DNA from: Camelus ferus
Taxonomy: Eukaryota
Direction: 5' to 3'
DNA: 64,000 nt
Assembly: GCF_009834535.1 (NCBI RefSeq)
Contig: NC_045707.1
Span: 55,120,001 to 55,184,000 of the forward strand
Shown here: positions 1 through 14,112 of the stretch, piece by piece
Position numbering within the stretch: the first letter of the stretch is position 1
Layout of the letters: the number at the start of each line of letters is the position of its first letter
Notes under the pieces: generated by a model
What the model was told of the DNA's origin: nothing
Databases searched by the model: none
Seen by the model: the letters and a program-made list of their open reading frames with translations, nothing else
Program-made: the position numbers and the translations under genes

Positions 1-2559
1 AGGGATCTGCTGTGTTTTCTCAAGAGGTCAGATGCTAACACCAGCAAAGCCGGTTGCCTAGGTCCTACCACACTCATTCAGCCCTTTTGAGGCCCGCTAG
101 CAATTAGTTTTGTGAACAGAGAGATGATAATTTTTCTTCTGACATTCCTAAACAACTTCTATTTGAGCTGCTTCGTTAATGTTTTCCTTAATTTTACACC
201 ACAAATCATAATTAACACTTGCATAAAATACATATAAAAACAGGAGAGAAAGTCATCCTGAAAATTCCTGCAGTTAAGTTGGATTGATTTATTGGTATTG
301 CTGTGACTGTCTCTTTCTAACATGCCCTGATCCAAACAGTGAAATTACTCTCTAATAATATAATTATTTTATTGTGAATAAATAGATATATTTTAAAACA
401 TATACAATGTCAAGAAACAGTTTTTCCTTTTGGGTATACTATTCACAGGAAAGATGATTTTTCAAAAAATGCCAAGAGGAAAGTATGTCATAGTTTTTTA
501 ATTTCTTATATGTAGTTTATAGACTTACAATTAAAGAAACAATTGAAATAAGTGATCAATTTTTTTCAAAATAATTATTTAGCTAAAATTTTCAGACAAA
601 ATTGAGACTAAGTTCATTATGTCATTGCCTATAAATAACCTAATAAACTTCTGTGTAACTACACATATTGCTCAACAATTGTAAGATATTTGGTCATATT
701 TTTTATTACTTACATGTTATTAACAGTGATAAGTGAATACTTCTCCACTAAATGTGTATACCAAAGAATCCATAATTGGGGAAAAAAATGATTTAATCTT
801 TTCAGAAAATGGCTTGACATTTAAAATTTATAGTCACAAAATAACCTGTATAATTGCAAACAGTCTTTTACCAAGAGAAGATACTAGTTTCATGTGAGGT
901 TGAATGATTCTTTTTAGAGCCCTCCTGTTCTTTTTTCTCTTTCTCAAACTGAGATACAACTTTAATCATTATCTCTAGCAAAATAAAATAACTTATTTTT
1001 ACATTTTAGGAACTAGTCGTAGTTCTTTTTTTTTTTAATTCATCCTAAGCACAAAACAACGTTATTCATCTTTCAACCTTAGCTTTCAGCACACATGGAG
1101 AAAAAGAGTGTATGTAAAAATATGTTAATCTTCAGAAGTTAATGCATAAGTATTACAAAAAACTAGCAACTAAGACTTTCACAGTTTTAACTTGGCAACT
1201 AACATTTTATTTATGCAAGTGTTTTATGATAGTTTCTATTATACTGATTCTAAAATAATCTGGAGAACCACACTATGTTATTGTCATTAAGTTCTACTAG
1301 ATCTTACAAAGAATGTCAGCAGCAAAGTATAGCCCAAATGTTTTGTTATTTCAAATATGATCAAACTTAGTAAGTTATGTCATCCTTCTCTTTCATCATT
1401 TTTGTGGCAAATAGTAATTGCCAAATATCAGTTCTACCACAATGTTTGGCAAAATCAAAAGATGATGAATGAAATCACAGTAAGTCATTTAATAAATATA
1501 ACCCAGCTGTACTTCTGAGACAAGAAAGTAATCATCTGTAAGTTACACAAAGAAAGAAATATCTATTTCTCACTGCCAGTTTTGTTAATAGAAATTCAGT
1601 TGCACTATGCATAATTATTAATTTTCTAATCCATTCTCCATACCAAGAAAGAAACTATCTTGATTATAGATTTTATGCTTGATAAATTTGCTTGTGAAAA
1701 ATGCAATCATTTCCCAGTTAATAAAAATTCCAGGAATTATCTTTTCTGGAAGTCTCTAAAACATTACAAAATCAAAAGAGATGAAGCTATAATTATATAA
1801 TTCCAGGATATGATGTCAATTGTGAGGACACAAATAATTAGATCAGTTCCAGAGCCTGTAGTCAAGCCATAGACCTGCTGTATTTATGTGATGTATTTAT
1901 AAGGCCATTCTTGATATTTTCTAATATTAGCAAGAAAATATAATAAAAAATAAGCGTCTGTTGCTAAAGTTGCTAATCAGAGGCAATTAGTAAATGAATG
2001 TGATAATAATTAATTATCAAAATTATGCATAGTATTTCCAGCACTCATCACTCTAGACATTGATAAGATCCACATACTAGGATCCAACTTTTCCTCTGGT
2101 GACGTTTGAGATGGCTGCTACTTCATCACCAGGTTGAGTCCCTGACCTACCAATAGGAGCAGAAATCCCCTGCCTACTTGCCAAGAAGAGATGGTATGAG
2201 CAAGTAGGAACTATTATTAGATCATATTTTGAAGTTCTTACAGCACCATAATTTTTCCTTTCCTGACTGATACAATGGCAGAAACAATACCTGTGAACTT
2301 AGCATTTTACTCCAAAGCTTTCTTTTTCTTCAATATTCCATTCTGTCATAGAGTATGCGCAGGAATCCTTAGCAGATCATGAAATCAACAGAGTATATCA
2401 TATCCAGTAATTTAAAAATAATAATAATAATAGAAAAAACAGCATAAATAAGTGATAAATTCATCTGAACACACACACTATATATTTATATATACACATG
2501 TGCATATATATATATGAAGGAAATAATAAAATGCCTTTAGGCATCAGAAAAACATGAAC

Positions 2560-3155
2560 TAGAACCACAGAGATACCATTGCTTGCCCTCTACAATATCT
2601 AAAATTTAAAAGCAAACAACCTACCAATACTAAATGTTAGAATGAAGTTATTACCTAGATAGCCCTTAAGTATTTACCCAATAAAAATTAAAATATGTTT
2701 CCATTTGAACTCTTACACATGAAGGTTTAAAGTAGCACAGTTCATAATATTAAAAAAGCTGAAAATAACCCAGGTGTTAAATAGACTAGCTAAACTGGTC
2801 TGTGTATACAGTGGGATACTATTTAGTACTAAAAAAGGACAAATGAGTGAGACATGCAACAATTTGGATGATCTCAAAAATATTTTGCTGAAAGAAGCCA
2901 AATACAAAAATGTGCATATTGCATGATGCCATTTATGTGACATTCTAAAAAATGACAGAATTAATTTATAGTATAGAAATCAGATAATTGTCTGTAATTG
3001 GGGATAGAGATGAGTAACTGTAAATCAGAAGGGATAACAGAAATGTTCTTTGAGATGGTGCTTACATGGGTACATACACATTTCTCAAAACTCTTCATAC
3101 TTTACATTTACAATGAGTGCATTTTATTGCATATAATTATACCTCTATTAAGTTA
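2560..3155 (+). mobile_element. Old L1M (L1MC/ME-like) ORF2 end and 3' UTR fragment
   Basis: Typical L1 3' motifs: 'agataccatt', 'atacagtgggatactatttagtactaaaaaagg', 'gcattttattgcatataattatacctc'. Confidence 0.8.
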
Positions 3156-3230
3156 ATACAGTTTCAAGATACAACAAAATATATTGGTTGATATTCAGAA
3201 AATAATGTTCATAATGATATAACATCTAAA

Positions 3231-4270
3231 TTTTTTATTGAAGTATAGTTGATTTACAATATTGTGTTAGTTTCTGGTGTATAGAATAGTGACTCAGATA
3301 TATATATTTTTTCATATTCTTTTTTCATTATGGATTATTGTAAGCTATTGAATATAGTTCCATGTGCTATACAATAAGATCTTGTTGTTTATATATTCTG
3401 TATATAGTAGTTTGTATCTGCTAATCCCAAACTCCTAATTTATCGCTCCTCCCCTTTTCCCCTTTGGTAACCATAAATTGTTTTTCTATTTCTGTGAATG
3501 TTTTCGTTCTATAAATAAATTAATTTGTATCATTGTTTTAGATTCCACATATAAGTGATATCTCATATTTGTCTGACTTACTTCACTTAGTATGGTAATC
3601 TCTAGGTCTATCCATGTTGCTGCAAATGTCATGATTTCATTCTTTTTTATGGCTGAGTAGTATTCTGTTGTGTGTGTATTATATATATGCTATAGTAGTA
3701 TTATATAGTATATAATATATAGTATAGTAGTATTCTATATATACTACATATATATAATAAGATGTGAAATCTTGTTTATCTTCACATTTTCTTTATTCGG
3801 TCATCTGTCAGTGGACATTTAGGTTGCTTTCATATCTTGGCTATTGTAAATAGCGCTGCTATGAACATTGGGATGCACATATCTTTTTGAACTGGAATTT
3901 TCTCCAAATATATGCCCAGGAGTGGGATTGCAGGATCATATGGTAAGTCTATTTTTAGTTTTTTGAAGAATCTCCATACTGTTTTCCATAGTGGCTACAC
4001 CAAATTACATTCCCACCAGCAGTGTAGGAGGATCCTTTTTCTCCACGCCTTCTCCAGCATTTATTGTTTCCACAAATGTTTTTTAATGATGATCATTCTG
4101 ACTGATGTGAGGTGGTAGTAGTTTTGATTTTAATTTCTCTGATAATTGGTGATACCGAGCACTTTTTCATGTGCCTATTGGCCATCTGGATGTCTTCACT
4201 ATAGAGTGTTTGCTTAGGTCTTCTGCTCATTTTTTGATTGGGTTACTTGTTGTTATTGAGTTGTATGAGC
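3231..4270 (-). mobile_element. 5'-truncated younger L1 (3' UTR + ORF2 C-terminus) with TSD
   Basis: Starts 'ttttttattgaagtatagttgatttacaat' and contains 'cccaggagtgggattgcaggatcatatgg'. Flanked by tataacatctaaa (3218-3230) and tataaaatctaaa (4271-4283), 12/13 identical. Confidence 0.93.
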
Positions 4271-4290
4271 TATAAAATCTAAAATATTTA

Positions 4291-4712
4291 TGTGGCAGAA
4301 ATGTCAGTCTTTTCATGTGGTTTTTCTTCATTTGAGCATGTAACTAGACCATTTTTCTCATCATTTAGTTAGGCATGGCTGTGTGAATGAATTCTATCTA
4401 TTGGAGTGCTGGACTGTGAAAGCACTGATGTTTACCATTTCCAGGCCTGGTTTCTGAAAAGGACCTCTATGTGAGATCCTCTAGAGCCTTCTTCTTCGGA
4501 CAACTGAATGAAAATACTCTAGCAATTTTGAAAGATATGTTTTGAAGATGGCAGAGTCTCTATAAGCCCAAGTCCCTGAATAATTGTATAGGAGCTGCAC
4601 TCATATTACCATTTCATATATACACTAACAAACAGCTTGACTGTTTATATGAATAAATGTAATAAATTGCCATTTTTAGAGTGTTTCTGGTATACCAGTC
4701 AAACTACTTTAA
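4291..4712. mobile_element. MaLR solo LTR (MLT1-type, MLT1I/J-like)
   Basis: 'tgtggcagaaatg...ttaggcatggctgtgtgaatgaattct...ccatttccaggcctgg...gaagatggcagag' follows the MLT1 pattern. Confidence 0.7.
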
Positions 4713-4789
4713 TAGTATTTGTTATAAATTTCTGCAGAAAATAATTCTGAAATGCCTACGTTTAATTCTCCAACAGACTTTTGTCACCT

Positions 4790-5252
4790 TGGGATAAAAA
4801 ACGAAAATATTGGCTTACAAAGCATTACATAATTTGGCCTTTGGCAGTCACTCCCTTTTTCTTTCAATATATTTCAACTGCAGTCACTTTCTTGGTATTA
4901 TGCAAACATACAGGCATGTTTTATACCTAGGACTTTTGTACATACTGTTTCTTCTGCCTGGAAATATATTCCGCCAAATAATAGGATGGCTCATTTTCGT
5001 TCTCTCTCGAGACGACCTGACCATTTAATCTATTATTAAAATAAGAACCTATTCCCCATCTTCTGTTTTCTCTCCTTTTATCTGGTGTCATTTTTCTTCA
5101 AGCACCTAGCACTGCTTTCCAGTATATACTCTGCTTATTGTTGATCTGTTGATTGCTTGTCCTACTACCAGAATATAAATCGCACAAGGGCATCAATAGC
5201 AACTACAGGGATACCTGGTACGTACTAATCACTTGATAAATGTTTGATGAAG
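4790..5252 (+). mobile_element. L2 3' fragment
   Basis: 'ttcttctgcctggaa...cttcaagcacctagcac...cacttgataaatgtttgatgaa' resembles the L2 3' end. Confidence 0.75.
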
Positions 5253-6179
5253 AAACTAATTACTATGTAATATAATTATTGAGAATTTTAGCTTCTTAAA
5301 AATAAATGAGCAGAGCAGGCAGGCCCAGAAAGAATATGTTAACATGAGTAACTCATACTTCCATTATAAGATGCTCACTTTCTGATTGGTCAAAACATAA
5401 TTACTGTGCTTCTCTTTTCTGATTTTTATCTGCAAATAGGGAAGAACATCTAGACAGATAACATCAACGGATTAGCATTTCCATAAATGTGAACATCTAA
5501 AGAATTTGTTATTTTAAGGAACTTGTCTCTGTTCAGGTAGAATGTTAGACTGAAGAATTTGCAGAAATGTTTTACATGTTTAAGTACACTGTTCAATGAA
5601 AGTAAAGTATGTACAAAGAGAAGCACACATTTTAGGACAGATGTACGTGTTTCTTAGGAACAAAACCTGTTTTTTCACTTTAATATGCTTTTAAACTCTT
5701 TGATTACAGGAATGTATTATTTATAACAATAAATGAAATGTAAGATACTGTGTATTACCCTATAAAGTCCTATATTATTTGAAGGCAACAGTATTCTTTG
5801 ACAAATAATTTGTTACTTAAAACATGAGTCCAAATTAAGAAAAGTGTATCACAGTGGGTTGTATGCAATTATTTGCATGCTTATGTCTTCTGTTAGTTTT
5901 TGTCTTACTTAATAGTACAAATAGTATTCTGGTCATCATTACATCTGCAGTGCCAAATGCAGGTTCTCAATAAGTACACAGAAAGGGCTAAACAGATGCT
6001 TGTTGAATGGCGGGTAGAATATTAAATGAAAGAATAAATATGTGACTAAGGCTTCTGGTACCTTCAACTTTTGGGGGCTTAATTCTAAATTGGAAAGTGT
6101 GGTCAAAAAGATTATAAAATAAGTGCACTAAACTGAATTTTTGGGGGTCAGGAATTTCCAATTTTAATGTATATAGAGT

Positions 6180-6300
6180 AACCCAAGAATCTTAAAGATT
6201 TCAAGCTTCACCTGACTCAGTAAATCTAGAGTAAGGACCAGAATCTGTATCTTTAATGAGAACTACTCATATTCTGCAGCTTAGTACAGAAGACCCTAGA
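6180..6300. mobile_element. MER5-like hAT-Charlie DNA transposon relic
   Basis: 'ctgactcagtaaatctagagtaaggaccagaatctgtatctttaa' resembles the MER5A core. Confidence 0.5.
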
Positions 6301-7169
6301 AAGGAATTTTGGCACATCCTATCTTAGGCCTTTTAAAAGCTTCAATGGCTATTATTTCCCATACCTAACCTAAAATAAATTATCTGACTTTCTAGCTCAA
6401 GGGAAATTTTTATCATCATTTCATAAAGACCCATAATGCATAAGATTTCTAAAATGCCATTTAGCTGAGAAGTGATCCCCGCCCCATAAATTTACATTAA
6501 GGTAATTTTATCACAGTATTTAAAAGAATGAAATAGAAATGTTAAAGAAAACAACCAAAGACAGTAGATATACTCAGTAATGCCCGCTTGTATAATCTTG
6601 GCTAAATATATAGTTACACCAAATTATGTATTTCTGTTTTTAATCTCTATCATTTTATTTTGACTCAGTAGTTTTCCCTCATGTTTTAGTCACTTTGGTG
6701 GTTCCACATGTTGGCAAGTCTGACATCATATCTACATACCTTTACCCTCTAAACTATACAGACCCAATTGCCAATTTAGAGCAAATAGAGAAAAAAAAAA
6801 TTAGTTTATAAACTCAACCTTCTTTTCTTGAAACATATTGGAAAACCTGTTAAGGAAGGAAATAAATGCAGTCTCCCTTGTGGTCTCATATCTTTGAGAC
6901 TTTGGAGCAAATAACCAGCTACAGAGAGACAGAGAGATGCTCTCTGTATGATTCTCCCCGTTTTTTACCTACTGATGATTTAACATCTAATCTAAGAGTT
7001 CCCCTCTATTTTATAATCCATAGTTCTGAAGCAGGAAATAAGAAATATGGTTTTCCTATTTTTTCAGCTATAACAGTTGTTTTTGATAATTATTCTCATT
7101 AGACTTCTGAAAATTGCCATATTATATCCTCACATATAAGAAAAGATAACAGGACATTTTGTCATACAT

Positions 7170-7340
7170 TTAAATTTTTTATAACCTTGAGCCAGTCTCC
7201 TTGCAGAACTTAGTCATCTAGAAAAAGAGAAGCAGCAAAAATACCTTTCTTGTGTGGTTATTGTGAAGATTTTATGAGGTAATGCACAGAAAGTATTTAC
7301 TACCGTGCCTGAAACTAAAAAGTCCTTATGTTGCTATTGT
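7170..7340 (+). mobile_element. MIR SINE fragment
   Basis: 'accttgagccagtc...atacctttcttgtgtggttattgtgaagattttatgaggtaatgcacagaaagtatt...gtgcctg' matches the MIR core and tail. Confidence 0.7.
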
Positions 7341-9329
7341 ACTCATTTATACTATTTAAGACTAAACCATATATGTCCATGAATGACAAAGTATAACCAA
7401 CAGATAATGAGCAGAAGTCTTAGTATCAGGTTATCTGTGACAACTGAAGATAATGTAAAACCTTGTAGGCAAAGTGAGCAATAGATTATACATAATTAAC
7501 ATAAGTGTATATATTCTTTTGAACAAAAAAACTGAATACATAATTCGAGCATACATTACAGAGTACCCTCCACTTCCAGTTATTTGACATTAGTTTATAT
7601 ATATATAAAGTGTGTGTGTGTGTGAGAGAGAGAGACAGGTTCTTTTCACAGATATCGTTCATATTTTCATATTATATGTTTCTATCTTTAGATATACATG
7701 CATACAGTTTGGTGATAAAATTTGTATTGGAAAGCTTTAAACCAAGTATACATTATATGTAATTATATCTATACTTAAATAATAATATTTTGTATCTCTT
7801 TCATAATAATGTTTTTCTTTAACATTAAGCAATGAAACATAATGATATATAACTATCACTATAAAGATTGACAGAAGAAAATGTTAGCTATATTATAATT
7901 TTGGCATATAAATGAAAGAAAGTATTTTTGCTTGATTTAGTGAAATAAATGCAAAATAATTTCTTATTGAGCCATGAAAAGAAATTTTTGGATCAAAGGT
8001 GATCCAAATAAAATTTTTTTCCTCAGCATTCACAAAATAATATTTTTGCATTTTCAAAGCAAACAAAATATTGTTTCAGAGAAATATGTTTACTGTCATA
8101 AACTATTAAAATGATCAGTTTTTTAAAAAATTATCAACTACTAATCAGGATTTATTTTGTGGGTCTGCTATATGTAAGCAAACCATAATTTAGTTCACGT
8201 TTAAATGTTGGCTAAGTGAACACTGATTTCATATAATTTCCTTAGAATGTGTTTTAGGTGAGTGGCTAATTATATTAGAGAATGATTTAACACTGATAAA
8301 TTGATGAATTGTTCACTTTCATTTGTGCGTGGGTGTCTCTGTGTGTGATTGTATTTGTGTAAATCTATGGGAAAATCCTCATACTTTTAGCATCACTAAA
8401 ACTTGAGACCACATTCTGAGATTTACTTCTCTAAATATCAATTTCCACAAGTTTTTCAGATTTTTTTCAAGCTCTTGACCAGCAAACAATATGTAAAATC
8501 TATTTTTTTTTAAAAACTTTGGAACATCTTTACATCTGTCATATATAATCATCTGAGTACTCTGACCTGACCTCAAGTCCATGTAATTAAAATGCACACT
8601 AAAGTCCAAGGAGGATAAATCCCTTGTAGTTTTCTGAGTTTCTTGGGCTTTAATTTGACTGTGGCATTTCATCTTTCCAAGAAGCTATCAAATTCTGCAT
8701 GTTCTGTACTATGTTGATATTTGTATCTTTTGCCTAAAGGAGGTAGAGAATTTGGACTAGTCACCTCACTTTTGTGAATATGAATTTCCATTATTTTATC
8801 TTTCACAAGCCTTCCTTCACACAGTCGCCACCTAAAAGAAGCAATGCTGTAGGCAATGACAATGTGTGGACAAGGCATGCGGAGACTTGGTCCCAAAGCA
8901 AAGGATAAAATGTAGCTGCTCCTTTTCACATTAAATTGTACATATAGATATGACTTTGGGCTACTCACAAAAATCCATGGTTGTAATTCTGAAGAGGTGA
9001 GATTAGAGTTCTCAAGAGAGCTCAAGTCAGAGTCTGTACAAATTCCACACAAGGATTTGCCAGATTCCAACCTCACTATTCAGCATTCACTGTAACAAGA
9101 GGTGTCACAGTCCTATTGTCTGTGTTTATGCTAATAAAAATGCTTTGTTGTACGTAATCCACTATGTTATTTGAAGGATTAAGTGAAGTGATGTAGTGTA
9201 TGTTTGAAATGCCTTATAAAGTATAATGTATTACAAAATCATTGAGAAAAGATTTGATGATTTATTCAAGTTAACAGACATTAATGAGAGGACTACAGAT
9301 TTCAATGCCCTTAAAAATCTTAAGCAAGT

Positions 9330-9880
9330 TCCTAACATTTCTGGCTTGATATATTTTTTTTAATCATAAATGGATGGTGAGCATTACCAAATGTAATTTT
9401 TTTCATCAATTAACACTATTATGCAGTTATTTTCCTGTTAATATGCTGGATTTCATTAATCATTTTCCTAAATAAATCAAGCTCTTATTCCTAGTCTCTG
9501 AGATAAAGTCAAAAGGACCATGATCGTTACCTAATTTAATACTTTTTTGGATTTAATTTGTTAATATTTTGTTTAGGATTTTGACATGTATAACTCTAAA
9601 TTTTATTAGATTAAAGTTTATTTTTCCAGTTTTTGGTAATAGCAATCCTAGTCTCATAAATGAGTTGGGAAATGATCCTTATTGTTCTGTTCTCTGAAAA
9701 TGTTTGTGAATGATTCTAATTTTCTATTCCTTAAATTCTTGTGGAAATGACTTTTGCAGCAGGTGGTTTTTAGGGGGAGAGGAATAAGATTTTCAATTTT
9801 AAAATAACTTCTAAAAATTGTTATAAGATATTCAGTTATAAATTTCCTAAAACTTAGATGAAGATGGTTTTTCATAAGTT
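9330..9880 (-). mobile_element. Highly decayed L1M ORF2 fragment
   Basis: 'ggatttaatttgttaatattttgtttaggattttgac...ctagtctcataaaatgagttggga' is antisense L1 RT-region sequence. Confidence 0.7.
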
Positions 9881-9894
9881 TGTTCTTTTCCTCC

Positions 9895-10655
9895 TTTTAA
9901 ATATTTTTAGAGCACTTTTAGTTTCCCAGCAAAATTGAGCAGAAAGGACAGAGAATTCTCATGTATACCCTACTCCCCCGAAACACAATCCCCTACTATC
10001 AGCAACCCACACCGAAGTGCTACACTTGGTACCACTGATGAACCTACATTGACACATTATCAACCAAAGTGCAAGGTTTACATTATGCTTCATTACAGCT
10101 ATTACATTTTGTATGTTTTCAAAAATGTACAATGACAAGTATCCAGCATTATAGATTCATAAAGAATTGTTTCACTGCCCTAAAAATCCTCTGTTCTTCT
10201 CCTATTCATCTCTCTCTTCCTCCCACTGGCAACCACTGATCTTTTTACTTTCTTCATAGATTTTTCCTTTTCCAGAATGTCATATAGTTGGATTATATGT
10301 AGCCTTTTCAGATTATCTTCTTTTACTTAGCAATATATGTTTAAGGTTCATCTCAGTCTATTCATGACTTCACAGCTCATTTTTTTTTTGCATCTGAATA
10401 GTATTTCACAGTTTATTTATCTGTTCACCTACTGAAGAATATCATGGTTGCTTCTAAGTTTTAGCAATTATAAATAAAGCTGGTATAAACATCATGTGTA
10501 GGTTTTTGTATGGATATACTTTTCAGCTCATTTGGGTGACCACCAAGGAGTGTGGTTGCTGGATCATATGATTAGAGTATGCTTAGTTTTGTAAGAAACC
10601 GCCAAACCATCTTACAAAGTGGCTGTACCATTTTGCATCCCCACCAGCAATGAGT
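9895..10655 (-). mobile_element. L1MC-like 3' end
   Basis: 'ttttagagcacttttagtttcccagcaaaattgagcagaaagg...gttgctggatcatatg...gcatccccaccagcaatgag'. The 10572-10790 ORF contains HCWWGCKMVQPLCK, the L1 ORF2 C-terminal motif. Confidence 0.88.
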
Positions 10656-12215
10656 GGGCGTGCTGGTTGCTAATTTTTGACTCTCTGCCCACATGATAAC
10701 GTAAAATATTTTTCTTGAACATGAGTGTTTCATGATCTTCAAATTGTTTTTACACTGTTTTGACGTTCTATTACTTCTTCCCTCTTTCAATGTATTTTAT
10801 CCAGAAGAGTAACATTCACATTTTGGTCTAAGTTGAAGTGGATTTACCTCATCATTGAGAAATAGATGCATGACATTTCTCATTTTATACCATTAAGTGA
10901 ATCTCCTGACCACTAATTTTTTTTTTTTTTTTAGTGTGGGTTTACCCACATTTACCCAACCATCATCTGTCTCTTCTATCACACTTCTTAGCAAAACATG
11001 TTTTTCATCTACCACTCAGCCGCACATCCAAATACTCTCCCTCAGTTTCCCATGTTCCACTTGGATCCAGGAGAACAATATTAAACTGAGAGTATGTTGA
11101 TTAATTTTACTGTGTGAAGGCAATTGCTTTAAACGTAGGATTTGCTTGAGCCTCGTACTCTTTTTCCTTGCTCAATAAATACAGATTTCCTGACCATGTG
11201 AATCACGAAAAATTTAGGTAGCCTTTATAACTTACATAGTTTGGCACTGCTAAGTAAAACATTTTTGTATATCCCCTGTGGCATTTCTATAACCACTTCC
11301 CCAAAACACTAGCTGGTTTCAATTCAACTCTTCCTGTTACCTTTTGCTGGCATATATAACTGGTACTTGACTTTGGACACTCAGCATGCCTTCCCTCATT
11401 TCAATTTTCATCTCCCTCATAGTTGCAGAAATTTGATTACAAGGCATGGAAGTACTATTCTGCAGCCTCCATTATTTCTCAAAAGACCATATTTCTCAAC
11501 ATATATTCCCACATTTCTGTCTATTTTACCTCTAGTGTCTCTTCCCCAAATTTTCTTGTCTCTTTTTCTAATTTCCAACAAACTGCACATTCATTCTCCT
11601 GACTAGAGAGTATTACACAGATAATCTCTTTACAGAAATGTTGAACCAAAATTCAGTACTATTGTGGACAGGGGATTATTTCAATTGAATATCTGAATGA
11701 AATTAATCCTCAATTCCAATGTTTACTCTTATGGTTTCAAGCAAATGCAGTCTGAATGTCTGACAGTTTTAAGTAGATATGGAAATAAAACTATTTTCCT
11801 AGATCACATCAGTCTCAAGTTAACCATGCCAACTTTCATTAATAAATGTTCTCAAAGTTTTGCTATGTAAGCTATTTTCATTAATTTAATTTCGTATTTC
11901 AGACAATATTCATTAAATAGGTGGGGTTTTGAAATGTAAAGCCTGTGAGAATTGAAAAGTGTCTCTGGAGAGTAAGACTACAACATTATTAGAATGTCCC
12001 CCAAACTAGGTCCTTCATTATTGTAAATACTTAAACAACTTTATAGATTTTCAATAAAGTTTTTGATGAACCTAATTTTAATAAAAGCCTTATTAATGTT
12101 GAAAATAAAGGTAGAAGACTTAACCAAGATTGTTTGAAAGAAATTATGAATAGATGCTCTATTACACAATTTTATTAAGTGTTTAATCAGTTAATTATTA
12201 AAACACTATAGTTTG

Positions 12216-12234
12216 TAATGCCACCTAGTGGAGT
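12216..12234 (-). promoter_or_regulatory. Candidate CTCF binding site
   Basis: Minus strand reads CTCCACTAGGTGGCATTA, matching the CTCF core CCAC/GYAGR(G/T)GGC; lies in non-repeat sequence. Confidence 0.6.
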
Positions 12235-13029
12235 TCTAAGTGAAAAATGTCCCTTGAGTATAACTGATGTATAATATGAAACATGTGCAAAAAGAATCCA
12301 GTCTTCCTATTGTTAACACTCTTCTCTCTCTCTCTGTATATATGTATCACTTCCCCAATTCATAGCTGGCATTTGACTTGGCTCTCAATGTGACTTCTCT
12401 TCCTTATGAAGAGAATAGAAAAAAAAAAATATATATATATATACACATATACATATCTTTTTCTGCATACTACCTATAAAGCATTAAACATTTAAAAGCA
12501 TTAAATTGGGATAGAAAGAGAAGAAAATACATGTCTAAGAAGTTTCTCTTTAAGTTTTCTATAGGTGTAGAATATTTGAACTGAATCTCAGAGATAATAG
12601 GTAAATACTTGGCACAATTAGTTATAAATAACTGCATATAAAATAATCAAAATGACTAAATAGCAAGCTACATATATAATTTATGGTTACATATATATAC
12701 ACTATCTTTTTATATATTAGCATAAATTAAGTCATTGTCCATTAAACCTTTAATTTTTAACTCCATGTAAAATTGCTCGGGTAGGTATAAAGCTGTGATT
12801 TGTAAATCTGGCAGTATATCAGAAATCTTCTGATTAAAAATTTTCAGGGATAAGGGTTAATGGGTTAATGAGCTTTGGGCCAGTTTCTTGTATTCTTATA
12901 TGAGACAAGAAATTTGAGGAGAGCTGAAATACTCCCATATCAGATATGTCTCCTTGTGCCTAGTTGAAAAAGATATGACTTCTCTTTGGACAAAAATTAT
13001 GCAGTTTAGTCTCACAGGGATCTGCCAGA

Positions 13030-13600
13030 AGAAGACATAGCAATGGCTTTACAGTAAACATACCAAAACACAAATCATCAAACACACAAGTACTTATGTG
13101 TGAAAAAAAAATTCTTTTCATCATCTTCTAGGACTTAAGTTATTGAAATTGCCAGAAACACAATGTAAGCAAGGCAAATATCTAGATAGATTTTCAAGCA
13201 AATTTGAAAAAAAGTAGTTCTAGAAATAAATTGTAATTTTTTTAAATATGAAAGTTAACAGATGAGTGAAAGAGCAAAAAAGATGCAGCTGAAGAGAGAA
13301 ATAAAGAACTAGATGCATCCAAAGACGACACTCGGCATAGAGTGACAAGAAAATAGAAATTGCCAAAAAAGTTAAAATAAATGGAAAAAATAATGAAAAG
13401 TTTTAAAGTATACTTAATAATATCTCCAGAACAAATAAAATAGAATGAAAAGGAAAAATTTAAGTAATCGTTGCTGAAAATTTTTAATAACTAAAGCCAA
13501 AAAAATGAAGATAGTGATTCAGGAATTAAGAACTCATAAAAAGCTGAATAAAACAACAAGTATCCATACTCAGAGAAGTTATGATTCTGTATGTTAAGGG
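13030..13600 (+). mobile_element. Decayed L1M/HAL1 ORF1-region fragment
   Basis: A-rich sequence resembling ORF1 coiled-coil coding: 'atgggttaa'-like 'gttaacagatgagtgaaagagc...gcagctgaagagagaaataaagaactaga'. Confidence 0.6.
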
Positions 13601-13699
13601 AACGTGGACTTTTCTGTGCCTTTATTCTGTTACTACAAACTACATTATTCCCCATCAGATAAAATGCGTTCATTAATTTAGTTCAACTTAAGTTTAGTT

Positions 13700-14112
13700 T
13701 TATCTGTCAGGAAAGTCTAGCTTATTTTGAAATAATAAACAACTCCCAAATATCGGTAGCAAGAATCATGATTTATTTTCCGTTCATACTCTGTGCCTTT
13801 TTTGAGTTATCTGTGAGACTTGCCTGTTATCATCATCCTCTTCATCATGGGAACCAGGCTGTCATTGCCATTATCTGAGCTTTTGTTGGTCGTTACGACC
13901 GAGGGACAGAAGTATGCGAGGTCACTCACTGGCTCTTAGTGTGTCCACGTAAGTGTCACACACATCCTCTCCACTCACATTTTATTAGCCAAAACAACCA
14001 CATGGCCACCTCTAAATACAGGTGAGAGGATGAAGTGTATATATAAGCAATATAAGCAAGAGAATCTGGAAGAAGAGACAGCTGGAATATATGTGATCTC
14101 TTTAATGTCTGC
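13700..14112. mobile_element. MaLR solo LTR (MLT1K/L-like)
   Basis: 'tcaggaaagtctagcttat...aacaactcccaaatatc...ccactcacattttattagccaaaacaaccacatggccacctct'. Confidence 0.7.

Noticed and set aside
225..245. TATA-like 'tataaaaa'
   Set aside because: Such words are common in AT-rich DNA, and there is no supporting CpG island or downstream gene.
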